Assembly: GCA_963665325.3 (NCBI GenBank)
Contig: CAXXWS020000002.1
Coordinates: 576,001-640,000 of the forward strand
Direction of reading: 5' to 3'
DNA: 64,000 nt
Origin: Alphaproteobacteria bacterium
GTDB taxonomy: Bacteria; Pseudomonadota; Alphaproteobacteria; Bin95
Part shown: positions 1 to 8,911 of the stretch, in pieces
Layout: every line of letters starts with the position of its first letter
How positions within the stretch are numbered: the stretch's first letter is position 1
Notes under the pieces: model-generated
What the model saw: the letters and a program-made list of their open reading frames with translations, nothing else
Told to the model about the DNA's origin: nothing
The model's database searches: none
Translations under genes and position numbers: made by a program

Positions 1-864
1 GCGCCGATGTGGCATCCGCTGCGGCTTGCCGAGGACTTCGCCACGGCCGACATCCTGACTGAGGGGCGCACCGTTTTCGGGGTCGGGCGCGGCTATCACA
101 CCCGCGAAGTCGAGACCTTCGGCGCGCCGATGCAGGACCAGACCGCCAACCGGGACCTGTTCGAGGAGCAGGTCGAGATCATGTTCAAGGCGTTCAACGA
201 AGAGAGCTTCCGCCACGAGGGCCGCCACTACACCCTGCCGCCGCGTGTGCCCTATCGCGGCTACGACCTGGAGGAGATCACGCTGGTGCCGCGACCGGTC
301 AACCTGCCGGTGGATTGCTGGCAGCCGGTGGTAAGCGCCAATCCGCGCGGGCTGGACTTCATGGTCCGGCACGGCATCAAGGGCGCCGTCGGCGGCGGCG
401 CGGCGACCATGGCGGAGGGGCCGATCCAGGGCTACCGGGACGCAGCGGCCCGCGCCGGGATGGACCTCGCTCTCGGGGAGAACCTGACCATCGGGATCTT
501 CTTCTATCTCGCCGATACGAAGGAACAGGCGGTCCGCGAGATGACGCCGCTCTATGAGGAGCATGTAAAGATATTCGCGCCGCTGGGCTTCGTGCCGGGC
601 ATTTCGCCCGACGGCGTCGAGGCGGCGTCGCGACGGGGCGGCTGGTACGAGAACGGCGTGCCGCGCCTGGAGCATTTCATGGACCTCGGCGCCTGGTTCG
701 CGGGCACTGCGGAGGAGCTGGTCGAGCGCCTGAAGCAGCTGGAAGAGCGCTACCCCGGCATGGAGCACATCAACCTCTCCACCAGCATGGGCACGCCGAC
801 CGCCCAGATGCTGGAGCAGTTCGACCGTGTGGCGAAGGATGTCATGCCCGCTTTCGGGCATTAG
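1..864 (+). CDS. LLM-class (luciferase-like) flavin-dependent oxidoreductase, probably 5'-truncated by the window
   Basis: WHPLRLAEDFATADILTEGR..FGVGRGY motif typical of luciferase-like monooxygenases; frame is open from the window start. Confidence 0.88.
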   Translation, partial: APMWHPLRLAEDFATADILTEGRTVFGVGRGYHTREVETFGAPMQDQTANRDLFEEQVEIMFKAFNEESFRHEGRHYTLPPRVPYRGYDLEEITLVPRPVNLPVDCWQPVVSANPRGLDFMVRHGIKGAVGGGAATMAEGPIQGYRDAAARAGMDLALGENLTIGIFFYLADTKEQAVREMTPLYEEHVKIFAPLGFVPGISPDGVEAASRRGGWYENGVPRLEHFMDLGAWFAGTAEELVERLKQLEERYPGMEHINLSTSMGTPTAQMLEQFDRVAKDVMPAFGH

Positions 865-964
865 GACGAAGGACTGCAGCCGCCGACAGAGCCGGCAGAT
901 TGCCCACAATGGCAGGTCCGCTATGTTCGCGCGGAGTGCAATAACCCGACAGAGGAACGACCCG

Positions 965-1813
965 ATGGCATTTCAGCATCTGATCTTCGATGTGGCCGAC
1001 GAGATTGCGACGATTACGCTTAACCGCCCGGAGGCGCGCAATGCGCTCTCCGAACCCATGCGGGCCGAGCTCGACACCGTGCTCGCCGAGCTCAAGCGCG
1101 AGGCCGGCCGCAGCGTGAAGGCCGTCATCCTGACCGGGGCGGGCCGGGCCTTCTGCGCCGGGGGCGATGTGAAGGCGATGCAGTCGCGCCAGAAGGGGGC
1201 GGAGGCGGGCCGCCGCCGGATGCGCGAGGGCCACAACCGCTTCTACGATATTCTGAACCTCGAACTGCCGGTGATCGGCGCTGTGAACGGAGCGGCCGCG
1301 GGCGCAGGTTGCAATCTGGCGCTCGCCTGCGACTTCATCCTCGCCACGCCGCGCTCGATCTTCATGCAGGCTTTCGGGCGTATCGGGCTGGTGCCCGACT
1401 GGTCCGGCTTCTACCTGCTGCCGCGGATCGTCGGGCTGCAAAGGGCGAAGGAGCTGATCTTCAGCGCCCGCAAGCTGGGCGCGGCCGAAGCCAGGGAATA
1501 CGGCATCGTCCATGAGCTGCACGAGGAAGACGCGCTCATGGACGCGGCGCGAGCACTGGCGGGGCGTTTCACAAAGGCCTCGACGACAGCCATCGGCCTT
1601 TCCAAGACCATCCTCAACCAGTCCTTCAACCTTGATCACCGCACCATGCTGGAGATGGAGGCCTTCGCCCAGTCGGTCGCGTCCGGCTCCGAGTACCACA
1701 GCGCCGCCGTCGCCCGCTTCGTCGAGAAGCAGCCGGCGCTGTTCGACTGGGAAGCGATGGACAGGGCCCGGACCGACGCGCTGGCGGCCGCGGATACGCT
1801 GGCGGCAGAGTAA
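965..1813 (+). CDS. Enoyl-CoA hydratase/isomerase family protein
   Basis: ITLNRPEARNAL, FCAGGD and AVNGAAAGAG crotonase motifs; ATG 965 preceded by GAGGA. Confidence 0.92.
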   Translation: MAFQHLIFDVADEIATITLNRPEARNALSEPMRAELDTVLAELKREAGRSVKAVILTGAGRAFCAGGDVKAMQSRQKGAEAGRRRMREGHNRFYDILNLELPVIGAVNGAAAGAGCNLALACDFILATPRSIFMQAFGRIGLVPDWSGFYLLPRIVGLQRAKELIFSARKLGAAEAREYGIVHELHEEDALMDAARALAGRFTKASTTAIGLSKTILNQSFNLDHRTMLEMEAFAQSVASGSEYHSAAVARFVEKQPALFDWEAMDRARTDALAAADTLAAE

Positions 1814-1826
1814 GGAAGAAAAAAGA

Positions 1827-1858
1827 AAAGCCGGCGCGACCCGACAGGTGCCGGCTTT
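1827..1858. terminator. Probable bidirectional intrinsic terminator
   Basis: aaagccggc...gccggcttt stem between convergent genes, with an A-tract upstream. Confidence 0.6.
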
Positions 1859-1879
1859 GCAGAGTCTACGGCGCGGCGG

Positions 1880-2218
1880 CTATTCGGCCGCCTCGTCGTA
1901 TGCCGTGCCTTCGTCGTAGACCGTGTTGTATTCCCGGTCCATCGTGATGGGCATCTCATACATCTCGATCTGCGGCGGATGGTCGTATTTCGCCGTCATG
2001 TAGGCGACCCACTCGGCGTTGTAGCCCTTCTCCGCCGCCTCTCGGGACTCCCAGAGATAGATTCCCCCGCCGAGGCCGTCTCTGTAGAGGACGTTCTTGC
2101 GGATCAGCCCCTCGGTCGCCATGTAGCGCGGGATCGAATCGCGGAACATCTGCACGGCCGTTTCCCGGTCGGTGCCTTCCGGCAATCCGTAGGTGACAAC
2201 GGCGATCATCCTCGTCAT
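1880..2218 (-). CDS. YdhR-like/dimeric alpha-beta barrel monooxygenase-like protein
   Basis: GLIRK..GGGIYLWESREAAE motif. Confidence 0.7.
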   Translation of the reverse strand: MTRMIAVVTYGLPEGTDRETAVQMFRDSIPRYMATEGLIRKNVLYRDGLGGGIYLWESREAAEKGYNAEWVAYMTAKYDHPPQIEMYEMPITMDREYNTVYDEGTAYDEAAE

Positions 2219-2383
2219 GGCCCGTCTCCCATCGTTTGCGGGCAAGCATAGCAGAACGGGCGCGGAAGCGGTTGCCCCCGCAGGTCGTGGACCTCATCGA
2301 CCGCGACCTGATCCAAGTCATCCGCGTGGTGCCGACAGAGCGCTCGGTCGCGCAATAGCGCGGAAAGTCAGGGTCGGCACCGG

Positions 2384-2773
2384 TTAGGCGGCGCGGGCCT
2401 CGAACAGCGGGCGCGCCGTTTTGGCGTAGGTGTGCTTGGCGACGATCCTGCCGCCTTCGACATGCAGCAGGTCGAGGCCGCGCCAGGCGCTCGACCGTTC
2501 CGGCGTGGTCAGCACGCAGGACCAGGAGATCATCGCCTTGCCGTCTTGCGCGTCGAGGAACAGGTCCTCCTCCTCGAAGCGCACCTTGCCGAATTTTCCG
2601 GCGAACATCGGCTCGAACGCCGCGCGGATCGCCGCCTTGCCTTCGTGCCGTCCGCCATGGAACTCGTCATAGACCGCATCCTCCGCGAACCAGGCCATGA
2701 CGCCGTCGAGGTCGTCGCGGTTGAAGGCGTCGGTGAACTTGAGCGTGATTTCCTTGAGCTCGTCGCGAGTCAT
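2384..2773 (-). CDS. SnoaL/NTF2-like protein
   Basis: FTDAFNRDDLDGVMAWFAEDAVY...GKAAIRA...RGLDLLHVEGGRI. Confidence 0.88.
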   Translation of the reverse strand: MTRDELKEITLKFTDAFNRDDLDGVMAWFAEDAVYDEFHGGRHEGKAAIRAAFEPMFAGKFGKVRFEEEDLFLDAQDGKAMISWSCVLTTPERSSAWRGLDLLHVEGGRIVAKHTYAKTARPLFEARAA

Positions 2774-2808
2774 ACGGAAGGCCTCCGGGACAGGGGTTGC
2801 AGGGGGCA

Positions 2809-3942
2809 CTATAGCGCCTTGGCAGGGGCGAAGGGGCGGCGCTGGCCGGCGGCTTCCATGAGCGGCATCACCTCCTCGATCCACTGGCGGCACTCGCCGA
2901 GATAATCCACCCAGGAAAGCAGCAGACCGTCCACACCCATGTCCGAGAGGCGCTCCAGGTCCTCGACGATGTCCTCCGGCGTGCCGACCAGCGGATAGCC
3001 GCCGTGCCCCGCCTTGAAGTGGAAGCGGAACGCATCCATCACCGCCGGCTCCAGGGTGCCGGACTGGAGCCCGAATATCTCCAGCATGTTCGCGACCGCA
3101 ACATCGTCGCCCCGCTCGACGACATAGTGGTGGAGATAGTCCTGGGCCTCGCGCCGGGTCGGCCGGCAGACGACATAGCCGTGGATCCAGCATTGTGAGG
3201 ACCGGCCGAGATCGGCGGCCATGGCCTTGAGATGCTCGATCTGGGCCCGGTCGCTTCCTTCGTCCTTCTGGCGCAGCATGACGAAATTCATGTCCGCTTG
3301 CGCGGCGGAGAAGGCCTGTCCGGCGGGCGAACTGCCGGCGTTCATGATCGCAGGCCTCGGGCGCTGGAGCGGTTTCGGTTCGCTCCAGAGCGCCTTGCCG
3401 CCGAAGAAGCGGCCATCGAGGTCGAACGGCTCCGTTGCGTTCCAGAGGCGCTTCACCAGCGAAAGCCATTCCTCGGCATAGGCGTAGCGGTCGTCATGCG
3501 GTCGTATTTCGAGGCCGAACATGTCGAACTCGTTCTTGAACCAGCCGGCGACGAGGTTGAGCGCGAACCGGCCGCCGGAAATATGGTCCACCGTCGCTCC
3601 CATCTTCGCCGCTGCGACGGGGTGGATCAGCGGTGCATGGACGGTCGAGAATACGGTGGCGTGGGAGGTCGCGGCCGCGATGCCGGCCGCCCAGGTCAGG
3701 CTTTCGAAGGTCCGGTTGTTGAAGTTCGTCTCCCCGCCATAGCCCTTCCAGCGGCCCACCGGGAGCAGCGCCTCGAAGCCGGCGGCGTCCGCCATGCGGG
3801 CGAGCGCGCGATTGTCTTCCCAGGTCATCGGCCAGGCGCCGTCGGCAGTCGTAACGGTGGAGCCGTGGGAGCAGTTGAATGCCATGACTCCGAGCTTGAT
3901 GCGGTTATCGTTGAACAGCGGGCTTCGGGGCGCCTCATTCAT
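2809..3942 (-). CDS. LLM-class flavin-dependent monooxygenase (RutA/SsuD-like)
   Basis: GFEALLPVGRWKGYGG, HPVAAAKMGATVDHISGGRFALNLVAGW, MNAGSSPAG. Confidence 0.9.
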   Translation of the reverse strand: MNEAPRSPLFNDNRIKLGVMAFNCSHGSTVTTADGAWPMTWEDNRALARMADAAGFEALLPVGRWKGYGGETNFNNRTFESLTWAAGIAAATSHATVFSTVHAPLIHPVAAAKMGATVDHISGGRFALNLVAGWFKNEFDMFGLEIRPHDDRYAYAEEWLSLVKRLWNATEPFDLDGRFFGGKALWSEPKPLQRPRPAIMNAGSSPAGQAFSAAQADMNFVMLRQKDEGSDRAQIEHLKAMAADLGRSSQCWIHGYVVCRPTRREAQDYLHHYVVERGDDVAVANMLEIFGLQSGTLEPAVMDAFRFHFKAGHGGYPLVGTPEDIVEDLERLSDMGVDGLLLSWVDYLGECRQWIEEVMPLMEAAGQRRPFAPAKAL

Positions 3943-4737
3943 TGCGGCGTTGCCGTTGCGCTGACGCCCTTGTCGATCAACGCCTCGATCTCGGCCCGGT
4001 CCAGCCCGGCCTCGCGGAGCACTTCCTCGCTGTGCTCCCCAGCTCGCGGTGCCTGCCGGCGTATCGACCCCGGCGTTCTAGAGAACGAGACGGGCGGACG
4101 CATATGGACCAGGCGACCTTCGGAGGGATGCTCCATGGTCTGGAAAAAGTCCACGGCCTCCAGGTGCGGGTCGTCGAAAAGGCTTTCGGGCGAGTGCATC
4201 GGCATACAGGGAATGTCAGCGCGTTCGAGATCGGCCAGCCAGTCGGCTGTGGATCGGCGCCGCATGATGTCCGCGAGCGTCCGGTAGAGTTCCTCGATGT
4301 TTCGGCCCCGCGAGGCCATGTCGGCGAAGCGCGGGTCATCCGCCAGCTCCGGATGTCCGGCTATCACGAAAAAGCGCCGCCAGTGGCGGTCGTTGTAAGG
4401 CAACACGCATAGATGGCCGTCGGCGGTCTCGTGAGGCCGACGCCATGGCGTCAGCAGCCGGCCATAGCCCGCCGGCCCGAGCGGTGGGTCGAATGTGCGC
4501 CCCTGTTGGTGCTCGTTCATCACGAAGGAAGCGAAACATTCGAACATGCCGCAATGGATTTCCTGCCCCTCGCCGGTGTTTGCACGGTGGTGGAGCGCCA
4601 TCAGCACCGCGAAGAGCGCGAACAGGCCACTGGTCTTGTCGGCGAATACCGAGGGAGCGTAGCGCGGTGCGCTGCCGCTCTGCTCGCCCTCCAGCCAGGC
4701 GAGGCCAGAGACCCCCTGGATCAGGTCGTCATAGGCT
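3939..4737 (-). pseudogene. 3' half of a CaiB/BaiF (family III) CoA-transferase split by the integrated element
   Basis: Reads AYDDLIQGVSG...FADKTSG...APRAGEHSEEVLRE; joins in frame with 49637-50054 to give a 403-aa protein. Confidence 0.93.
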
Positions 4738-4755
4738 CATAAGCCGACCTCCACA
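4723..4755. other. attL-like junction: core aggct (4733-4737) plus inverted arm gccgacctccaca (4743-4755)
   Basis: aggtcgtcataggct matches 49627-49641 at 13/15; 4743-4755 is the exact reverse complement of 49622-49634. Confidence 0.9.
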
Positions 4756-4772
4756 TCGGTTTCCTGACCGGT

Positions 4773-6593
4773 GTGACGGGGATGGAATTGAGTGATTCGC
4801 AACGAGTTGTCAACAAGCGGTTATCTGGTTTGCGCATCGGGGGCATTCTGTTCTCGTTTTCGGGTGCTGTCCTGCTTGGCGGCTGCGGCTGGTTCGACCA
4901 GGCTGAGGTTGCGCGGGACGCAGCGTCCGTAGAGGACCGCCTGGGTTCGGTCGGCTCGCTGGAGCCGGACAGGCCCGGCTTCCGCTCTCTCACGCAATCC
5001 AGGGATCCCTATCTGGCGTTGCGGCCGGTGGCGGAGGATCGTTCGCTCCTGCCCGAGGACCTGCGCTCGGAGACCGGGATCGTTGTCACGCTGGGCGACG
5101 AGCCGGGCGACGAGGTTCTGGCGCGGCGGATATCGGATGCAGCCGGGCTCGAAGTCCGGCTGGTCGGGGCCGAGTGGCTGGGCGCAGGTGAGAGCCTGGC
5201 TGGCGTCGAGGCGGGCATCGAAGTCCAGAGCGGCGCGCAGGCGAGGGAAGCGTCGGGTGACGCACGCGTTCGAACCGCGTTCAACAGAAGCGGCTTCGTC
5301 TCGGGCTGGCTCTCGTCCTGGTCCGACGAGCTGGCGGGCGAGGCCGGCGTGTGGTCGGGTCCGCTGGACCGGCTGCTGGATGCCTGGACGCAGGCTGCGG
5401 GCTACCGGTGGCAATACGATGACGAGGCGGCGCTGGTCGAGGTCGTGCGTTCCGAGACGCGCATCTTCGGCGTCCACGCCCTGCTCGGCAGCCAGAAATA
5501 CAATGTGACGACGACGACGGTCGGCGCGGGCGGTGAAGCCACGTCCGGATCCTCGTCGCAGTCGATCTCCTCCGAGATGACCTACGACCCCTGGCAGGAG
5601 ATCGGGCCGCAGGCGGTTGCGGCGGCGGGCCCGGAAGGGACGGTCTCGATTTCAGCGGCGTCCGCGACGGTGACGGCGACCGGCCTGCCGCGGGCGGTCG
5701 AGCGGGTGCGGGCGTATCTGGAGCATGTGAACCGTCATGTGCTGCGCCCGGTGACGCTCTCGGTGCATCTCTACTCGGTGCGGTTCGACAAGGGCTCGGA
5801 CTACGAGGTCGGCCTGACGGGCATCCTGCCGGAGGCGTTCGGGTCCAACTTCGCGGTCGGCGTCGACGGCGGCACGATTTCCGTAGTGAGGCCGACATCG
5901 GTCGGGGCCTCCTCCCTGCGCGCAACGGTGAGTGCGCTCCGCAAGGTCGGCACGGCCTCGCGGGTGCTGTCGGTGGACGTGCCGACGCTGAACGGTCGCC
6001 CGGCGCAGTTCTACGACCTGTTCGACCAGGCCTATCTGCAGCAGGTCAGCACCACGATCGAGGATGGCGTGCGGGCGGTGGAGCTGACGCCGGGAACGGT
6101 GTCGTCCGGCTTCGGCCTCAGCTTCGTTGCGCGGATCGTGGCGCCTGACGAGGTTCTGGCGCGCATTACGGCCACCATTCAGGACCGTCCGGAGTTCGCG
6201 GCCTTCGGAGCTGCGGGCAACCAGATCCAGCTTCCGTCGGGCGGCAGGCGCGCGATCGTGGTGACGCAGCGTATCGCGAGGGGCGAGACGCTTCTCCTCA
6301 CGGGCTTCCGCGACCGGTCGTCCTCGGGCGAGCGGTCGGGCACGTTCCATCCGGCGGTGCCGCTGCCGGAGGGCGGCGCGGATGCGGCCATCGCGCGTAT
6401 CGAGACGGCTCTGCTGGTGACGGCCGATATCGGGACGCCGCTCGGCATATCGGAGCGGAGGCTCGGCACGGGGTTCCCGGCCGGCGGTCCGGTCGCCAAG
6501 GTCGAGAGCGGCAATGCGGCCCCGGCGGACCCGGCCCTCCAGGATGCAGTCTCTCCGGCGGCAGGCGGCGCGGCCCGGGAGGCTGGCGGATGA
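4773..6593 (+). CDS. pilN: Type IVb pilus outer-membrane secretin-like lipoprotein (PilN/BfpB family)
   Basis: Lipobox LLGGC; TLNGRPAQF...AYLQQVSTT...LTPGTVSSGF...IQLP secretin C-terminal pattern; start codon uncertain (4773/4782). Confidence 0.75.
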   Translation: MTGMELSDSQRVVNKRLSGLRIGGILFSFSGAVLLGGCGWFDQAEVARDAASVEDRLGSVGSLEPDRPGFRSLTQSRDPYLALRPVAEDRSLLPEDLRSETGIVVTLGDEPGDEVLARRISDAAGLEVRLVGAEWLGAGESLAGVEAGIEVQSGAQAREASGDARVRTAFNRSGFVSGWLSSWSDELAGEAGVWSGPLDRLLDAWTQAAGYRWQYDDEAALVEVVRSETRIFGVHALLGSQKYNVTTTTVGAGGEATSGSSSQSISSEMTYDPWQEIGPQAVAAAGPEGTVSISAASATVTATGLPRAVERVRAYLEHVNRHVLRPVTLSVHLYSVRFDKGSDYEVGLTGILPEAFGSNFAVGVDGGTISVVRPTSVGASSLRATVSALRKVGTASRVLSVDVPTLNGRPAQFYDLFDQAYLQQVSTTIEDGVRAVELTPGTVSSGFGLSFVARIVAPDEVLARITATIQDRPEFAAFGAAGNQIQLPSGGRRAIVVTQRIARGETLLLTGFRDRSSSGERSGTFHPAVPLPEGGADAAIARIETALLVTADIGTPLGISERRLGTGFPAGGPVAKVESGNAAPADPALQDAVSPAAGGAAREAGG

Positions 6594-6809
6594 GTGTGCT
6601 TGTCGTCGGCGGTCACCGTTTCGCGGCCGGTCTCGATTGGGAGCGGGAGGTCCTGCGCGGGGGCAAGGCGGCGAAGGCGGCGCGCGACCGGGGCCATCGC
6701 TGGACGGTCGAGCTCGGCGGGCAGACGGGGTTCCTCGGCGACATAGAGAACCCCGGCGGCCTGGCGCCGCTGGCGGGCGCGCTCGTGGAGTATGTGCGCA
6801 AGCGCCCGG
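6590..6809 (+). pseudogene. 5' fragment of a PilO2-like type IVb pilus accessory gene, truncated by the transposon
   Basis: ATGA overlap with pilN; VGGHRFAAGLDW resembles the PilO2 N-terminus; frame runs into the IS at 6810. Confidence 0.6.
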
Positions 6810-7055
6810 TGAGTGTGCTCTCGGTATCTGATGGCGGGATGGTCACGTTGTTCGATGGTTTTCAGGCGTCGGGCCGGGCGTGACGGCGGGGGTGTCGGAC
6901 GGCCGTCGGCGCGTCAAGCCGCTTCGCGGCTCCTGCGCTGCGCTCCGGCCCTTCGGGTGACCCGCCGCCGTCCCTCCGACGGAGTGCATCCATGGCCGTA
7001 AGCAAGCTTCCGGCCACGGGCCGGCCGCTTTACGCAGTGTGACAATGGGAGCGGT

Positions 7056-7117
7056 GTTACCCGTTACCGTTACCCTCTCTCCCTAGGGGTTCGAGGCGGT
7101 AACGGTTTTCGGTAACG
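7056..7117. repeat. GTTACC/GGTAAC iteron-like cluster around a ccctaggg palindrome (copy 1)
   Basis: Three GTTACC opposed to two GGTAAC at the helicase 3' end. Confidence 0.7.
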
Positions 7118-8081
7118 TGTCCCTGCGGTCGTTGCCGTTGAGGGCGGCGAGGCGGTATCCGCCTTCGGATGCGCGCTCGACGCGTCCTTCGCGGACGAGC
7201 CTGTGCAGCGCCTCGGCGACGGTTGCGGGCCGGGTTGCCGCGCGCTCGCGGATCCGGCGCTGGGAGAGCGGCGCGTCGGCGTCGGCGAGGGCCTGCAGGA
7301 TGCGCCGTTCGGGGGTATCCGGCTCCGGCGCCTGGTCTTCCGGCGTCTCGCGCAACCGCAGGGCGGGGCGCTCGTCGTCGTCGGCGAGTTCGATCTCGAG
7401 GTCTTCGAGGCCAGGGGCGTCGCGATGCTCGACGGTCATGAGGATCTGGCGGTCTCGCCGGCGCAGGTACAGATTCGAATCGCCCCAGGCGTGAAGTTCG
7501 CTGCTGCCGCGCAGCGCCTGCCCGGGCCGGGAGCCGCCGCTCTTTCGTGCGTGATGGACGAGGAGGACGGCGGTTTCGAAGCGGCGCTGTATGTCGCGCA
7601 GGAAGCCCAGCATGGGGGCGACCTCGGCGACGGTATTTTCGTCGACGCCGTGCAGGCGCACGAGGGGGTCGAGGACGACGAGGCGGGGTGAGACGCGCTC
7701 CACCGTCTCGACCAGGCGCTGGCGATCGGCGCGATGGTCGAGACGCAGCGTGGGCACGTCGATGACGGCGATGTCGAGGGTCTCGAACGCGGTGCCTGCC
7801 GCCTTTGCGATGCCCTGGAGGCGTGCGCGCACGATATGGCCGGCGTCCTCGGCGGCGAACAGCAGCACGGGGCCGCTTGCGGCGGGACGGAAGTGGCGCA
7901 GGCAGGGGACGCCGGCGGCGACCGCGACGGCGATGTCGAGTGCGAGGAAGGATTTGCCGCACTTGGGCTCGCCGCCGACGATGCCGACGCCCTGCTCGGA
8001 CCACAACGCCTCGACCATCCAGCGGCGCGCCTGGGGGCGCTCTTCGAGCTCCGCCGGCGCCCGTGTCGGGAAGCCCTTCAC
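7083..8081 (-). CDS. RecA/RepA-like AAA_25 ATPase/helicase with C-terminal HTH
   Basis: Walker A GEPKCGKS, AAED, LVVLDPL, LLVHHARK, LRGSS; GTG start overlaps the ExeA stop. Confidence 0.85.
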   Translation of the reverse strand: MKGFPTRAPAELEERPQARRWMVEALWSEQGVGIVGGEPKCGKSFLALDIAVAVAAGVPCLRHFRPAASGPVLLFAAEDAGHIVRARLQGIAKAAGTAFETLDIAVIDVPTLRLDHRADRQRLVETVERVSPRLVVLDPLVRLHGVDENTVAEVAPMLGFLRDIQRRFETAVLLVHHARKSGGSRPGQALRGSSELHAWGDSNLYLRRRDRQILMTVEHRDAPGLEDLEIELADDDERPALRLRETPEDQAPEPDTPERRILQALADADAPLSQRRIRERAATRPATVAEALHRLVREGRVERASEGGYRLAALNGNDRRDTLPKTVTASNP

Positions 8082-8911
8082 CGCCGCGCCCTCCTCGGCT
8101 TGGCGGGTTCGCCCAGGGTCTCGATGAAGAGCTTCTCGTCGAGGACCTCGCGCTCCTTCTCGGCGGCGGCGGCGAGCAGGGCGTCGGCCATGACGGTGAG
8201 CGCCCGCGGGTTGCCGTCGGCATGGGCGACCAGGGTGTCCTTGAGGCCCGCGGTCATGAGGCCGGGATTGCCGGCCTGCTCGATCAGATGGTCGAGCAGG
8301 GCCGCGAGGTCGCCGGCCTCGGCCTTGGTCATGACCAGGCGCTGGCGGATGCGCGAGGCGATGGGCTGCAGATCGGGCTGGCGGAGCTTGTCGAGCAGGC
8401 GCGTGTCGCCGGCGAGGACGACCGAGAGGATGGCGCGCGAGTCGAAGTCGGTCGAAGCCAGCAGGCGGATCTCGGAGAACACCGAGGGCAGCAGCTCCTG
8501 GGCCTCGTCGACGAGCACGACGGGGCGCATGCGGGTATCGTCGACATGGGCGAGCCAGCGCTCGCGCAGGCTTTTGAAGCTGGCCCAGCGGTTGTTGTAC
8601 ATCAGGTCGACGCCGAACATCTCGCCGATCTCGCGGTAGAAGTCGGACAGCCGGGAGGAGGGATGGGTGATGGCGGCGATGCTGAGCCCCTCGCAGCGGC
8701 CGAGACGGTCGGCGAGCAGGCGCAACGCCACACTCTTTCCGGCGCCGGGCTCGCCGGCGATCAAGGCGAAGCCGCCCTGGCGCACCAGGTGGCGCTCGAT
8801 CCTGAGGCAGAAGCTGTCGACGGCAGGCGTCGCCATGAGACTGTCGACCGGCAGGTCGGTGGCGAAGGGGTTCCACTTGAGCCCGTAGAAGGTGAGCAGT
8901 TCCCGGTTCAT
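8078..8911 (-). CDS. ExeA/TniB/MuB-like AAA ATPase (transposition helper)
   Basis: FYGLKWNPF N-terminus, Walker A GEPGAGKS, Walker B VLVDEAQ, GNPR. Confidence 0.88.
   Translation of the reverse strand: MNRELLTFYGLKWNPFATDLPVDSLMATPAVDSFCLRIERHLVRQGGFALIAGEPGAGKSVALRLLADRLGRCEGLSIAAITHPSSRLSDFYREIGEMFGVDLMYNNRWASFKSLRERWLAHVDDTRMRPVVLVDEAQELLPSVFSEIRLLASTDFDSRAILSVVLAGDTRLLDKLRQPDLQPIASRIRQRLVMTKAEAGDLAALLDHLIEQAGNPGLMTAGLKDTLVAHADGNPRALTVMADALLAAAAEKEREVLDEKLFIETLGEPAKPRRARR

Noticed and set aside
6810-6883. Both interrupted genes gain the same IS-derived tail SVLSVSDGGMVTLFDGFQASGRA
   Set aside because: Same frame and orientation in two events is expected by chance about 1 in 6; not a recognisable degron
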